Positions 51,301 to 64,000 of a stretch of 64,000 nt of DNA are shown one piece after another. The notes under the pieces were generated by a model, which worked only from the letters and a program-made list of their open reading frames with translations, did not search any database and was not told the DNA's origin. The stretch comes from Magallana gigas (taxonomy: Eukaryota), in contig NC_088854.1 in the NCBI RefSeq assembly GCF_963853765.1, positions 54,932,001 through 54,996,000 on the forward strand, given 5' to 3'. The first letter of the stretch is position 1. Each line of letters opens with the position of its first letter. Made by a program: the position numbers and the translations under genes.

Positions 51301-54300
51301 AGTTCTCAAAGTCTGAAGCTAAATAGTCATAATCTCTCTTGTTTTACTTACCTCAAATCGTCTTCACTAAGAAAACTCAGGTCCCCATATGATACATTGA
51401 AGGAGAAGTCTTTAACATGTTTGTTGAACGTCATCACCTTCTTTTGAGGGTAGGGGTTCATTCTCCCAAATAATGTCCTTTTTACTATTTTTGGCTTGTC
51501 TTCAGCACTTTCAGCAGTCTGCTTTTCAAACTCCACCTATGATTTATGAATCAACATTGGAATATTGTGAACGAAAATTATGCCCATTAATTTTTTTAAC
51601 AGTTCGGTTTCAATTTTTAATCAATACAAATATTTAAACATTGTAATAGAATCCATGCTTACAACAATAGGATAGTGGCAGGCATCCTTGATCAAGAACT
51701 TCTTGACCTTGAAACCTTTCCCAAGGTCTGCTGCGTGGTATACAGCTCCAAGGGCAGCAGCCTCATCAGTGTTTATACTCTTACCCAGAACATCTCTAAA
51801 CAAAAACAAGGTCAAACCAATACATTCTAAACCTTCTCTCTGCATGTGGAAACTTTGTTTCCAAGCTTAAAAACAATTTCTAACATACTAGTGTACAAGT
51901 ATGTGGATAAAGGGAGGTACACACACCTCTTGAGGAACTCGAGCAACTTCTCTTGAACTTTGGGCACTCTGGTTCCTCCACCCATCAAAATAACGTCAGT
52001 GATTTCAGGCTGTAAAGAAGAAAAAAAAATACCGTAGTTCAATCAAGATGTTTAAGCTTTAAAATCGAAAAAATGAACCAAAATATTTTTCTTTGAACTA
52101 CATGCAATTCTATACCAGTGTCACTTGTGATGTTTGGAGTGCGTCTTCGATTGGTTTAGTGACTCGGTCAAACAGATCCTTGTTCATCTCCTCAAAGTCC
52201 TCGCGAGTGACCTTGGCTTTGAAGTCAATGTCCTCAAGCAGACCCTCAACCTAACAAAGTCATCCAAAGAACATTGTCATTTGGGGAAAAAACACATTCA
52301 TGAACTGAAAGTCATATAATTAATTAAATTCAACAGTGTTAAAATCTGGGATTCAGAAAACATGCTATTCACCAAGTTGAGGAGAACTGTTTGAGGAGAT
52401 GAAATATTACCTGTGCCATATGTTCTACATTAGCACTGAGGACCTTCTTTAATCTGTTGGCCTCCTTGAATAGTTTTCCCATTGATCGGTCATTGGTGAA
52501 GACGTCAGTCTTTGTTTTCTTTTGGGCATTGAATAATTTGGCCAGGTGGTTCCTGAGTCGAAGGGTCATCTCCAGTCCTCCGAGTGACTTGTCAAAACTA
52601 CACACAAAAAATCATTTTTTTCAACCTAACAAAAAACCTGGATTCATAGAATATTTACTCTCTAACATTAAATAATGCCTTCAGCTGTTCCGATATGACT
52701 TACCCTACTCCCTTGACGACCAGTTGAGGGTTGGTCTCAACTCTGTCTCCTTCCTTCGACTTCACCATCTGGTAACCTGAGAGAGAAAGCCATCAATTTA
52801 CAAAATAAATAGCATAATCCAGGTAATTACAAAATCAGGCACACAATATTCACCATACAATCCATATTTCAACTGTCAGTTATTAAGTTATGAAAACAAT
52901 ACAAAAACATATTTCACATTCTACTAGGGCACATTTTTTACATGTGGATTCTGCCTTGTGTAAGAAATGCACAGTACAATCTCTCTACTATATTTAACTA
53001 TATATCTTTGTTTCATCAGGTACTGACCTACTAGTGTGGCTGATGTACTGGTGGCTCCAGCATCATAAAACATGTAATACTGGGTGGTGCTGTTGAACAT
53101 CTTCCTTCTGAATACACCGTAGTTCAAGGCCACTGTCAAATCATGCAAACACAAGATTTTCAAGATCAAGGATTTCAAAGCTTGTTCTTTAAATAACAAA
53201 GCAAATTTTTTACATAATGCTTGTATATGTGTGTACATATGATTGTTGTAAAAATTTCTTAAACCACAGATTATGGATTCGATTCTAATGTGTATTAGGT
53301 AACTTTATCGTTATTTCTGTTACCTGCAACGTTATCACTGATGAGCTGCAAGACGTTAATTCCAACCAATTCTGCGGCCTCTTTGACCGCTCGTCTCTCA
53401 GACTGGGTGAAGTAGGAAGGGACAGTGATAACAGCATCAGAGATTGGGGTATCTGAAAACAATTAAGATATAAAAGGGCACCAAAGAAAGGGGTGTCTAA
53501 AAATCATAAAGCATCACTGATCAACAGGGATGTCAAATAAATGGGCAACTGAAAACAGCACTACATCAAAGAATAATAGGGCTTGATGGTCGTGGCCATT
53601 TTAAGACTGCATTGATTTCCTTTAAAAGAAGAGCTCTATACAATCATATAGAAAAATACCCAAATTCAAAAGGCAAAATGTTTTTTCTTTATATTACTAA
53701 ATAATAGTTTATAGCTAAACAAATGATACATATATCTTGGAATGTTAGGTAGATCTAATGGATAATTTGTTGACCGTCCAGACTCTTTAATGGAAGTGTA
53801 TTTACACTACTTTTAATAACAATTAACTATTTTTCAACCTTGAAGCAACCATAAATGTGGCACTTAGTTACAGTTCATTATAGAGAAGAAATAATTACCA
53901 GCAAATGCTTCCGCCGAGGACTTTGCTTTTTCGAGGACCATGGCCAATAACTCTTCAGGACTGTAGGTAGTCTCACTAACAAAGACCGTTAAACGTTCAT
54001 CAATGGAGATTACAGAATCTGCATCAATTATTGAACTGATATTCCAGAAAGACTCTACTTTAACAAACATACACGTGTAACTGTACTTACTCATCTACTT
54101 TAAAAAGAGGTGTTCCCCTTTCTTCATCTTTAACTATGTCATAATAAGGGAATCTTTTCCTGTACAAATCAACTTGTGGGTCTTCAAACCTTTTACCAAT
54201 GATTTGAGTCAAGTACCAGTAGGCCTTCTTTGGCACTTTCACAGCCTAAAATAGGTTTGTGAGAGAAGAAATATAACTGCAGTCCAACTCATTGTTTTTC

Positions 54301-55569
54301 TACCTTAAGTTTTATTGCATCTTTCCAACATTTCTGTAGACTTTGATACTGATACAGTAAGTAAAATAGGAATCTACATACAGTGGCTTCAGCTGCTGTA
54401 CCAAACAGTCGATCCCCATCTCTAAGAGCAACAATAGTTGATGATTTTCTGGAGGATTCACTGAAAAACAGCAACTCTTCATTCTAAATCTTGAATTCTA
54501 AATTAATTAAGGTCAAGCTATCAAATTCACTTCTTGAAAAACTGCTACGATAAATAGCCTATACATCAGCTAAATTATTTCTGTGGATAATTTACGTACT
54601 AAATTCTAGTATTCGTTTTACGACTAGGTAAGTACATGTATTCAAGCATCCAAATGCAATTCTTTGCTTTAAAGAAGATCAACCAAAAAAATATTAAGAA
54701 AATTTGTAAAGGAAAAGTTAAACTTACTCATTTAAGACAATTTCCATTGGTACACCAGGCTTGAACACAAAAAAGTAACAAATAGTCAGTTAAAACAAGA
54801 TAATACCATTTAAAATACAGTAAGAATAGCAGTTTTAGAATTTATAGAACATCAGTAATTCTTTGAAATACCTTGACAAGTCCTATTTTTATGAATTCAC
54901 TCCCGAGATCAATGGACATTACGGCCAGACTTGCCCCATCTACAACATATTGAGTGGTTTAATAATGCTGTTATACATGTTATATGAGGTATCTAGATCT
55001 TTTGTTTTACTGATACATTATTTATACATGCAGTGAAATGAATTTTTGGTGCAATTATAAATGATAAACAATTTTTTCATATATCCTGATATAGGATAAT
55101 ACATTATATTTACATTTGCATGTTATATGAACCTAGTGAATAGCTTGTTCAATTTTGTGTGAACATTTTATGACATCACAATGATATCTGCATGCACTTA
55201 TCATTTGAGGCTTGCATTATTGTAAACATAAAAACATGGTTATTTTAAGAGTTCAAAACGATTTGCCTTTCTCAAATGTAAATATAAGTAATAAACAGCA
55301 AGTTAAAAAGTTCACCAGGAAATGAACTAGGTAAGACTAGATGGGTACATGATCAAATCTTCTAATAAGCCCCTCTGAGTAGCCCGCAGGGTTTCACAGG
55401 ATTTGGTCACCTGTCGACCCACCAAGTTCATATCCTGGTGAACTTTTTGACTTGCTGTTTATTTTTTTAATGTGCATATACTTGATCTGAATATATACTC
55501 ACAGGCCGTGGGGAATAGCAGGCTTATACATGCCAGCAGAGCCAGCTCTTTTATGTGTGTGGAGCGCAT
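45393..55569 (-). CDS. HYOU1: Hypoxia up-regulated protein 1 (GRP170/ORP150; ER Hsp70-family nucleotide exchange factor)
   Basis: Signal peptide exon 55569-55503, then [106 protein letters not shown], acidic insert, [23 protein letters not shown]; ends HDASDL*. Confidence 0.97.
46515..46760 (-). repeat. Degenerate ~35-40-bp tandem repeat derived from a HYOU1 exon end plus 5' splice donor
   Basis: Minus-strand unit GAAACTCATCAATGAGACTTAT|GTAAGT(CAGT)TAG repeated about 6 times into the intron below 46729. Confidence 0.75.
50858..51021. mobile_element. MITE (TACTGTA-ended)
   Basis: tactgtatacagg ... ctatatacagta termini; a similar right end occurs at ~47885-47906. Confidence 0.6.
51164..51262 (+). 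repeat. ~50-bp direct tandem duplication (intronic)
   Basis: tctacggtgaaatctttttt.aaaccttgctttt.attcgcactatgca occurs twice. Confidence 0.9.
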
Positions 55570-56470
55570 TACTGAAAAATCAAAACCAAAGAAATTATTA
55601 AACATATGACGATAATTTAAGTCTTACTTATTTTCAGGAAGTCCCCATTACATGTCTTCGCACATCAAAAGTATACCCACAGGTCACACGCGTTACATAT
55701 TGTTACACTGATAAAAACAAAACATCCTTTTACAAATATCATGCTTTTCTATCATAGTTCCACACATGGCTACATTCGCTAATGACCAAATGAATGAATG
55801 ACGTTTCAGTATTCACAGCTGCTGTAATATTTTTACTACTGTACTGATTCAACATAAATGCACATCCATTTGATCACATCTAAAGACAGTATGCGATAAA
55901 ATTAATTTATGTGTTACATACCATTCAACTTTTAGCGAAATAAAAAATCGCCAATTGACAACTGCGCTAAATGTAAACAACACGTGGATTTCTTACACTC
56001 TATTGTATTTACATATTTTTCATTGAATTAATGAATACATTTAAGCATATTCAGTGTTTTAACGCAACTAACCTTACAGGAAATGCCTCCTAACTATAAT
56101 CTTAAAGTTGTTCAGTTGAAGTTATCTGATTTAGCTGGTGCAATGTGCGAGTTATTTCGGTAAACCGGCAAAATGTGGCAATTCTTGATTGGAAGACATA
56201 CGGTTCCGGTTCTGCGCACGTGTTGCTACACGTAAACTTCCGATAAAATTTATTATAGGTTGAAAGTCGGAAAAAGAACAGTTCCCGTATTAATGCAAAG
56301 AATTAATCACAAATTCGCCAGACGTAAAATATATAATATAAATGGCACACTTCGAAATTTATCTAGAAAGTTCTGGAAATTTCATTGCTGGAGGTGCGGA
56401 TCTCATTTCTATCTCAGATTTGTTATCGAGAGAGTTGTGTGTACGCCGCGCGGATCTATACAGCTATAGT

Positions 56471-57522
56471 GGGTGCGTTCAGAGTACTGCCGTTGGCAGA
56501 CAAAAGTTACCACTGGCAATTTTTTTTACCATTGGTATACCAACGGTACCAATGTTTGCCGATAAAATTTACCATAGGTAGACATTTCTGCAGACGATCT
56601 AGAGCTCTGTCAGCGATGGTAACTTTTTTATGACGTCACAAAAATGGCGGATATTTTGTAGCACTGAAGGCAACAGAGTAATTTCACAGCTTTTCCACCT
56701 TAAACCTTGTTGTAGCTGAACAATTCCTTTAACCATTGTAACATTCCAAAAATACAACTGAAAAAAAATCTTTCCGCATATGTAGGCATGTTGCAGGTGT
56801 TTGGGGGACATTGGTTGGAATATGATTGCCATCTAAAGCAATAAAACATGTTGAAATTGAAAGTTTTCTCCAATTATTTGCTTAATTGTGATGAAGGCTA
56901 TCTATTTGGCCTTAATATTTTTTAAGGAGGATAAAATACTCTATAAAAAACTTCCTTTTGAAGATGTTCTAAAACCGTTCAGCCATACATCGAAAGTTCT
57001 CAAACGTAGTTTCCACAAAACACCAATAGTTCCTTTTCAACATTAGGGGTGGGGCCATTTAGATTGTTGTCGGTATTAACCATAGCATTGACTTTCAAAT
57101 GTGTCCCTGGACAAACGGTATCAAAATCATCGGGTGTCTATATTATGGTATTAAAGTAATCGCATAGTTAAGACTCGCTCTAGCCATGTTTTTCCAAAGA
57201 TATACACACGTTTTGCGGGAGAAGAAAAACTGTAAGAAAAAAATTCTTTATTGTAAACAAATCATAATTTTGAATGTATCCTTTTGGTGCAAAATGATCA
57301 ACGAAGTAAAAATATTGCATCTTGGTTTGACATTTTCCGCTAAATAATCAGCCAGTGTTACCAACGGTACACCAAAGGTACCATGTTAACATTGGTAAAT
57401 CTTCCACTATTTGTACCCCAAAACTCGTTCAGAGTATATATGGGTCATATGGCACAAATGGCACAAATTGTTACCATTGGCAAACTTGTATTGGTACCAC
57501 TGGAAATACTCTGAAAGAACCC
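56471..57522. mobile_element. Non-autonomous PIF/Harbinger-like element
   Basis: TIRs gggtgcgttcagagta / tactctgaaagaaccc (14/16 match), 3-bp direct repeat agt on both flanks, subterminal ccattggtacc/ccaacggtac subrepeats. Confidence 0.7.
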
Positions 57523-57594
57523 AGTATATGTGGCACGCCAAATCTCCAAAATGAGCTGTAATAAACATACAGGTTCACAGTAATGAGTATATGA

Positions 57595-59620
57595 AAAAGG
57601 TCTAACAGTTGTAAACTATAGTTTGTGGTCAGAAATTAACGACGTTCATCTTATATTTCACATCTGTCAACCATATTAAAGGCGATCATCTATGTTTCAG
57701 GAAGCGTAAGACTATAGTTTTCCAAGAAGCTTGCCTGACTAAACATAACAAAATTATTAAATGAAAGCATGCATGAATCGATGAGGCTATGTTTTAAAAA
57801 ATTAATGTTCACTGCTGATCATAAATTCATAAACGGAACGTTTATTATTTAAGAAGAAATTTCAGTCGTTTTCTTTTCTTTGATTTAGTGCATGTTCATC
57901 ACTTGAAATTTAATAATTTCATTTTATTTTAGGAATGCATATTCGTGCACATGCGTGTATCATTTAAGTAATTGCATGTAAGCTTGAAGGAGGAAGATAA
58001 AACAATCAAATTTTACATTGTTTTTTTGTTACATTAAAAAATATCAAGGAACTATAGGAAAGGATAGGGTTTCAAGCACGTATTATCTTCATTAAAAAAA
58101 ATCTTGACAAGCAATTAAGGAACGGGGGGGGGTCTCAAAATCATGAAGGAAAGTTGTAACTTCAATTCAATTCAATTAAAATCCCTTATTTTCGGTGTCA
58201 TACATTACATGCTCCGACAAAAGTGGAGGGTAGGGGGCACCCACTACACTTCCATTTTTTAATAAGTCAGTCAAGTTAAGAAAAGTGTCTGCTGCGAAAA
58301 AAGTGGGAGAGGTAGAGAGGTTATATGGAAAACTATAACTAACACTGGATACAATCATTTGTGATTGCAAAAATAGTTTATCAGTATAAATATATAGTTT
58401 CACGATTTGTGAAACTATTATTAACATCTCTTAATTATACCTAACGAGTTTACAGATTTGAATCTATATTCATCAGCAAAATCTATTGTTGACAGAAAAA
58501 CCTAGAGTAACATTCGTAAACAATAGTTTATAAGTTTAACTGATGAAAACAACAGATAACGAATCGTTAATTCAGTATTATGGCACGCCAAAATCACAAA
58601 TAAAGCTAATCTTTAGAGTTTCACATAGCCTTACTATAGTTTATAAACTGTAAACTATACTGTATGGCACGCGCCAAATTCACTAAAAATGTGGTAACCA
58701 TAGTTTCACAGTCGATAAACTAAGTTTAACGGTTGTAAACTATAGTTTACGGACAGAAAACTATAGGCAACGACGATAATCTATGTTTTACACCTGTAAA
58801 CCATATTTAACGCGATCATCTAAGTTTCAGAAGTGTAAAACTATAATTAACACTGAAAACAACCATTTGCAATTGCAAAGCAAAGTTAGTAGTTTAACTG
58901 ATAAATATAGTTTCACGAGCGTGAAACTGATTAACAACTCTTAACCATATAGTTAACGAATGCAAATTATAGTTCACAGATGTGAATCTATATTTAGTTA
59001 ACGTTATTTGCAGACAGATAAACTTAGATTATCATTCGTAAACTATAATTTACAACCGTTAAATATGGTTTAACAGATGAAAATTATAGTTAATAAAGGA
59101 TCACTAATTATAGTTTACGAATCGTTATCTATAGTTTACGGTTCGTAAACTATAGTTAACAATAAACTATAATTGAACATTACAATGTAACTATAGTTTA
59201 ATGAAGTTCCATAAACTGTAGTTAACAGTTGGTAAACCTAGTTATCATCTGTGAAACTTTATTTAACGCCGTTAATCTATATTTCACATCCGTAAACCAT
59301 AGTTAACGCGATCATCTATGTTTCAGGAAGTGTAAAACTATAATTTACACTGAAAATAACCATTTGCAATTGCAAAACACAATTTATCTGATAAATATAT
59401 AGTTTCACGATTGTGAAACCAAGATTAAAAACTATTAACTATAGTTAACGAATGTTAATTATACTTTACAGGTGAGAATCTATATCTATCAGCAAAATCT
59501 ATTGTTAACAGTTTACAACCGTTAAACATAGTTTTACAGATAAAAACTATAGTTAACGAATTAATCGTTATACATGTAACTTCAGTTTGCGGTTCGTAAT
59601 CTATAGTTAACAGTCGATAA
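57595..59620. repeat. Degenerate ~500-bp higher-order tandem array built on aactatagtt palindromes
   Basis: Homologous blocks start near 58330, 58838 and 59335 (aaactataa.t.acactg...catttg..attgcaaa); a second block type lies at ~57608, 58731 and 59230. Confidence 0.7.
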
Positions 59621-60015
59621 ACCTCGCAAAGAAACTTCGTTAGTGTATATTAAATACGGTTAAAAAATATTAGTTTTGTGATTGTAGTTTTTATGCCTAA
59701 AAACCCCGAATCGGTCACCTTAAAATATTAAATCCCGCGGCACACGACAGGATATGACATCAGAGGCACACAGCAACGATAAACAATATGGACGTCGGAT
59801 TAGTGGGAAATGGATGAAATGTTTAGTTGTGAAACTTTTCTTATCGCTATGAATTTACAAAAGAAGTTAAATAACATCATTTGAAGTTATAAAGTACGAT
59901 TTTGTGATCTAGAAGAGAATACCTAATGTAAAGTGTAAGTGATAATTAGGCGGATAATTAGCCGACTTCGAGTCAAAAACGGGCACCTGTTTGTTTGCCG
60001 TAAAGATAATCAACG

Positions 60016-63000
60016 ATGGTTGGAGGTAGCAGTGCTCTAAATCTCTCGCTGCTAAGCCGAGGAGTCGGTGAAATATCAAAAAATGGACACGAGAAGATTG
60101 ATGTGGTGTTTGAACCTCAGGTATAAAGAATGATTTTATATTAATCTCAAGTTCTCTTGTGTATCATTGAAAATTTAATTCCAACAGGTTAATTTGTAAT
60201 TGAATATGTATAGGTGGAGCAATGATTGCATTCATGAACTGAATGTTGTAACTTTCACACCCCTAAGATGTGTGTTGTTTCAACGAGTCAGTATATCTAT
60301 TTATGCCCATAACAAAAATAAATGAATGAAATTAAAGTATTCATGAGGGGTACGTATAATTTTTAATTGTGTTAATGGTTCATAAGCATAGTTTTTGTCA
60401 TATGAAACTTTTTTTAAGTGTCAAATTCTCAATTTCTTATAGACTTAGACCTATTCTTAGAAACCTTGATGTATTTCTATTTGTTACACTGTGTTTTAAA
60501 CTATAGTACTTAGAGCTAGGTGAAAGCGAATTTAAAGTAATCAATCTAAATATGATTAAAAACAAGATTAACTACCGAACATATGATTAGTTCTGTAGGT
60601 TTAGTAAGAAATGTTGGGTCATGAATAAGATATATGAAAATTAAACCCTGGAGAGAGAACTCAATTTAAATGCCGTGTTGTGCAAAGCTTCAATGAAGAA
60701 CCTTTCAATTATGTATGCCGGCTCATTAATGGTGACTGAGCATGAAACCTGAAAACTTTTCCCTGATGATACAGAATCTTTTTAAAACTTGAAGTGATTG
60801 ATAGCGCAAGGCATGGATTTTGAGCAAGAGAAAAAGAAAGTACTATAGCTGTGTATGTGTTCAGTAAGCCTTCATTTGAGACACTCATGCATTGCATGAT
60901 CTAAGAGCTAGACTAAAGTGTATAGAGATCTTTGAGACCTAGGTAATGCTTGTTTACCTTCTTGCATCAAAGTGTTTGTGTAAACTGTGTTCCTTTCTCT
61001 TCAGGAAATTGCATCTGAGCAAGACTTTTTTATGTGAATAAAATAGTTTTATTTTCTTTAGATTGATTGTTTGCAGGAATATCTAAATAAATTCTTTTGA
61101 TTTTGAAATGATATTTAAGTGAAATTATAATTTAAAAACAAATAGAAATGATCTATGATACATATTCCTAAGATATTTGTGATATGTATATGTACCGTAG
61201 TTGTATTGGTTGTAGTTATTTTATCCTGATATAACCATGCAACCTGATATAACCTTGCTCATTTCAAAACCATGTGTTACTGTACACCATTTAGAAAAAC
61301 GTTTAAAACACCCAGTAAACACAATTTCAGCTTAGTACATGTACATATTTTAGGATAAAAACAAATTAATATATTACATGTTTCATAATTGTTATCAAAT
61401 GCTTTGAAGGGAGTGAGTTTTCCACGTTCATTTACTGAATCATGCTGTGTTGGTTTAAAGATATAATTGATTTAATAGAAAAAAAATCATTTGTCAATTT
61501 CCCTTTTGTTCATTATATCTTTGTTGTAATGAAAAAAAAATATGCATGTTTCAAGTTCTTGTTTCTTTGTAGGACTACTACAACTTTGTCACTGACTCCA
61601 GAAGAATCTACCTGCCCCCAATACAACACTCCTATACATACGATGAACCAGAATTCTCAATATCACGGACATCCAAAAAGTCTGTACAGGAGATCAATAT
61701 GCCCAAGACATTCACCACCAGGAAGGGGGCCCTGCTCCTGTTCTCGGAGGATATGGCCCATCGCAAACGACACTCCCATCACCACCACATTCACAAAAGT
61801 CACATGGATTTTGATGATAGGGAGTCACAGCTGTCGAAAAGTGCAGATGAAATAGATCTGAGAACTGTAGATGATTTAGCTAAATCTATTCTCTCCTTTG
61901 GAGCTCAGGTAAAATGCTCTTTCTTCAACTCCCTCTTATATCCATTGTCTGATTTTCATCGTACACTATGTATGGAAATTGCATAATTTGTAGATGCAGA
62001 TGCAGGTTTCTTCTCCTTTCCTTTTTAAGAGCAAATGCTATTTGATAAATTTCTTGGACTAACAATTATATTCTTTGAACAGGGTCCTGAGAGAGAAGAT
62101 GGAATGTACCTTAAATTTGTTCATGGGCGAAGGAAAAGAGATTATTTTGACAGACAAATCCGTCCTGGTTTTTCAGCCAAAAGGTATCTGTCATCGTGGA
62201 CCAAATGTTGGGATGACAATGTTCTGGAGAAAGTCATCAGCAAAGGTACGACAGATTTCAAACCATTAATATGAAAACTCACAGACTTGTATTAAGTAAT
62301 AAAGGTGTTTCCTGTGATATGTTACTGGAAAAATAATATTTTATTCTAAGAAATATCAAGGGGTTTTACTAAGGGAGGAAACAAGTTACTGTATCTTACA
62401 GCTGTAAAATTTGCAATATTTGTGTTGACAGTGTTGTATTAACCAGTAATACATATAAATTTGCATTAAGTAATTTCAAACTGTTAAAAAAAAAATTTGA
62501 CATTCAAAATGTAAAATAGAGAGAATGATTTAAAAAAGGGGTATAAATGTTTTTTTGAGTGCCATTGAAAAAAAAATGATGTGTTTATTACTATCTGACA
62601 TTTTCAATGATTTTAAAAGAGTCCCTTAAGACTTAGTTACAATACATGTATTGTTTGCAGGATACTTGACGGAGAAGTCTCTGTTCTACTACAACCCTCT
62701 GATGCCCCACCTCCAGCGGCGCCTCAATGACGACATGTCACACTACCCCACCCCCTACAAACTGATGAGGAGCATGTTAATGTCCCCTGGGAGCCTGTCT
62801 GGCTACACCTTCTACAGAATCAGACCAGAGTCAGCTGAAACCATTAGTAAGTGAATATAAAACCATAATAGGAATTAGAACTAGTACATGTATTAGGATA
62901 CTGGAAAGCAAGATGCAAGAATTCTGTAATTTCATTATGTGGTGTATTTTACAAAAAGATATTTATATACATGTGTTTATATAATCATAGAAAATGTCAT

Positions 63001-63447
63001 TTGTTTAGTTATGTAGATTCATGTACAAGGGTATATTGTTGTTCATTAACCGTAATTCCAATGACCTTGACCTTTGACAGTGACACAAGATGTTGACCTC
63101 CATGGAGTTCCACCCAGCCAGGGGGCCTCCATAAAGGTCATTAGTACAAAAGATGGTGTTCAGAGGGAGGTCACATACGGCAGCCTGGACAAGAAAGCCC
63201 AGGAGGAAGTGTTGACGGACCTACTGGTGAAGAGTGCGGTTCACTACGCCATGAAGAAACAGCAAGTCAGTATACCTCTTGTTTTATGCAGAAGTTTATG
63301 AAAATTCACAGTTATCTGATGTGTTACACCCAAAACAAAAATTCATTTATATATTTTATTTAAGGGAAATTAACTATACAGAATACAAGTATTATCAATA
63401 TTCATAATTAAATATTGGAGACATTCAGGTATTTTAGTCTTAGACAC

Positions 63448-63517
<70 letters not shown>

Positions 63518-63671
63518 TTACAAACAGACCCTTGAAATTTATTTTGTTTCACAGGAATACTTTGAGGACAACCTAATGAGAGCTATGGAGTCCAATAAGA
63601 TTCGGGAGGTGTCCGAGGGTCATGAGACGCCGGCATCCATGCCACAGTTTGACATGAAGGAAGCTGTAGAG
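60016..63671 (+). CDS. KIAA2012: KIAA2012-like uncharacterised protein, 5' part (continues beyond the window)
   Basis: Phase-compatible exons 60016-60120, 61573-61908, 62083-62245, 62661-62846, 63081-63265, 63555-63671. Motifs LSLLSRG, KIDVVFEPQDYYNF, PKTFTTRKGALLLFSE, DLRTVDDLAKSILSFG, RQIRPGFSAKRYL and QDVDLHGVPP match the human KIAA2012 N-terminus as I recall it. Confidence 0.8.
63450..63512 (+). repeat. (TC)n microsatellite
   Basis: Uninterrupted TC run in an intron. Confidence 0.95.
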
Positions 63672-64000
63672 GTGAGTTTATTCCACAGAACTGACATTAT
63701 CAATCAAATTCATATCTATCAGAATGATAATCAATGGTCTCATTTTAAGACAGCATGAGCATCATGCTGCTTTTGATCTCATTTCAAAATTATGCTGTAT
63801 TTTCATCAATATTTTTGGAATCCAATTTTTCATATATTTTGTTGTTGAGTAGATCATTGAAATCATACATTCGTCCACAAAAGATATGTTACATGAAATT
63901 TTTTTTGATAGTACCATTCTCTACAAATTTACATTTCCTCAAAAATGTGAAGTTTGATAAATCTTATAGAATTGATGCCAACAAATTCTAATGAAGCCAC

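Noticed and set aside
63370-63552. RE-repeat ORF (also 2792-2974)
   Set aside because: Translation of GA/TC microsatellites.

Overview
AT-rich, intron-rich animal genomic DNA; the repeat types and gene set suggest a bivalve mollusc such as an oyster (inference). No rRNA, tRNA or CRISPR array is supported. Seven spliced protein-coding models were built by hand from splice signals and exon phases. (1) A 3-exon minus-strand gene for a secreted Frizzled-1/2/7-type CRD with a non-Frizzled tail and no transmembrane region (5367-2939); an internally deleted Crypton-type tyrosine-recombinase relic lies in its first intron. (2) A secreted PAN / Cys-rich repeat / PAN protein (10118-16315). (3) A bestrophin (21122-30059). 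(4) SRP receptor alpha (minus, 37594-31026), head-to-head with (5) USF (38024-42043). (6) HYOU1/GRP170 (minus, 55569-45393). (7) The 5' part of a KIAA2012 homologue (60016 to beyond the window). The first 17 kb is a dynamic, transposon-rich accessory region with Harbinger, Crypton-like and MITE relics and a local duplication. The most unusual item is the apparently chimeric CRD-only Frizzled gene. Other oddities include tandem repeats built from splice sites, a GC-AG intron and a non-canonical ER-retention tail.
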